Assembly (NCBI RefSeq): GCF_963921235.1
Contig: NC_086102.1
Span: 162,626,001-162,690,000, forward strand
From: Mobula hypostoma
Lineage: Eukaryota
Reading direction: 5' to 3'
Length of the DNA: 64,000 nucleotides
Below are positions 63,146-64,000 of the stretch, piece by piece; positions within the stretch are counted from its first letter, which is position 1; every line of letters starts with the position of its first letter. Position numbers and translations under genes: made by a program. The notes under the pieces were generated by a model. It was not told where the DNA came from. It searched no databases and saw only the letters and a program-made list of their open reading frames with translations.

Positions 63146-63670
63146 TGTTAAGGCATATTCTGTAGTTAGGGTATATAGCAAACATTCAGCAATCGACCTT
63201 CAAATCTGAATATGGATTGTAGATTAAATTTAAAATGCAGTTCGGAGCAGTAATTTGCATGAATAGGACTCAGATGACAGCACTTAGAATAAATTGTAGA
63301 CCAGCAAACAGCCATTTAACTGATATATATCTACATATGCATGAATACAATTGACACCACGTTGTATGAATATGGCAGTAATTAACACTAATTTTAGGTG
63401 TGTTGGTTGGAAGATCCAGGCATTTGAAAACTACATGTAACTCAAAAGTAGTATTGAGGGCATTGTAACCATAGAAATGGCCCTCTCACTTTCTTTCTCT
63501 TTTTCTCTCTGTGTCTCTCTCTTTGTCACTTTCTGTGCCTCTCCCCATCTCTGTCTGTCTGTCTCTCTGTGTCTCTGTCTGTCTTCCTCTCTTCTGTGTG
63601 TGTACTGAATAAAAGACTACTTTATACCTAATAGTTGTGCCTCTCTGGTGACTTTGTTCACTTTACAACA
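63146..63670 (+). mobile_element. Solo LTR related to the ERV-like element at 5797-12073
   Basis: TG...CA ends. Shares ggattgtagattaaatttaaaatgcag and ctctctggtgactttgttc with those LTRs. Contains AATAAA. No PBS follows. Confidence 0.75.
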
Positions 63671-63689
63671 GGAGGTTTCAGCAACTTGA

Positions 63690-64000
63690 ATGGTTGGTAA
63701 GTTGATGGAGAAGATCCTGAGAGGCAGGGTTTATGAACATTTGGAGAGGCATAATATGATTAGGAATAGTCAGCATGGCTTTGTCAAAGGCAGGTCGTGC
63801 CTTACCAGCCTGACTGAATTTTTTGAGAATGTGACTAAACACATTGATGAAGGCAGAGCTGTAGATGTAGTGTATATGGATTTCAGCAAGGCATTTTTAT
63901 AAGGTACCCCATACAAGGCTTATTGAGAAAGTAAGGAGGCATGGGATCCAAGGGGACATTGCTTTGTGGATCCTGAACTGGCTTGCCCACAGAAGGCAAA
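63690..64000 (+). mobile_element. CR1 RT fragment running off the window edge
   Basis: QHGFVKGRSCLT and DVVYMDFSKAF; very similar to 43041-43340. Confidence 0.9.

Noticed and set aside
1-64000. CRISPR-like or viral interpretation of the recurring gatgctgcctggcctgctgagttcctccagca repeat
   Set aside because: The copies are dispersed in both orientations, lack regular spacers, and are attached to Penelope RT/GIY-YIG remnants.

Overview
Repeat-dense vertebrate DNA. The CR1, V-SINE/HE1-like, Penelope and Rex1/Babar content suggests a cartilaginous fish, probably a ray or skate (inference). The only clear host-gene signal is a CpG-island promoter (~1560-2280) with a minus-strand first exon ending ATGGAG|gtaggg; a few other minus-strand exon candidates remain unidentified. 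Almost every long ORF is transposon-derived: a near-intact CR1 LINE, a gag-only ERV-like LTR element with a tRNA-Pro primer site nested in a hAT transposon, a Gypsy element, two Penelope families, and RTE, Tx1, Rex1/Babar, Harbinger and Tc1 remnants. The strongest non-coding signal is that the most abundant short repeat carries a minimal type I hammerhead ribozyme (CUGANGA...GAAA-CG-UC), and a second Penelope family carries a different one. Also notable: a 192-bp-arm hairpin whose mismatches cluster at a candidate exon's splice sites, an inverted duplication of the ERV primer-binding site, and a TSD-flanked RTE/tRNA-SINE chimera. All alignments and counts were made by eye.
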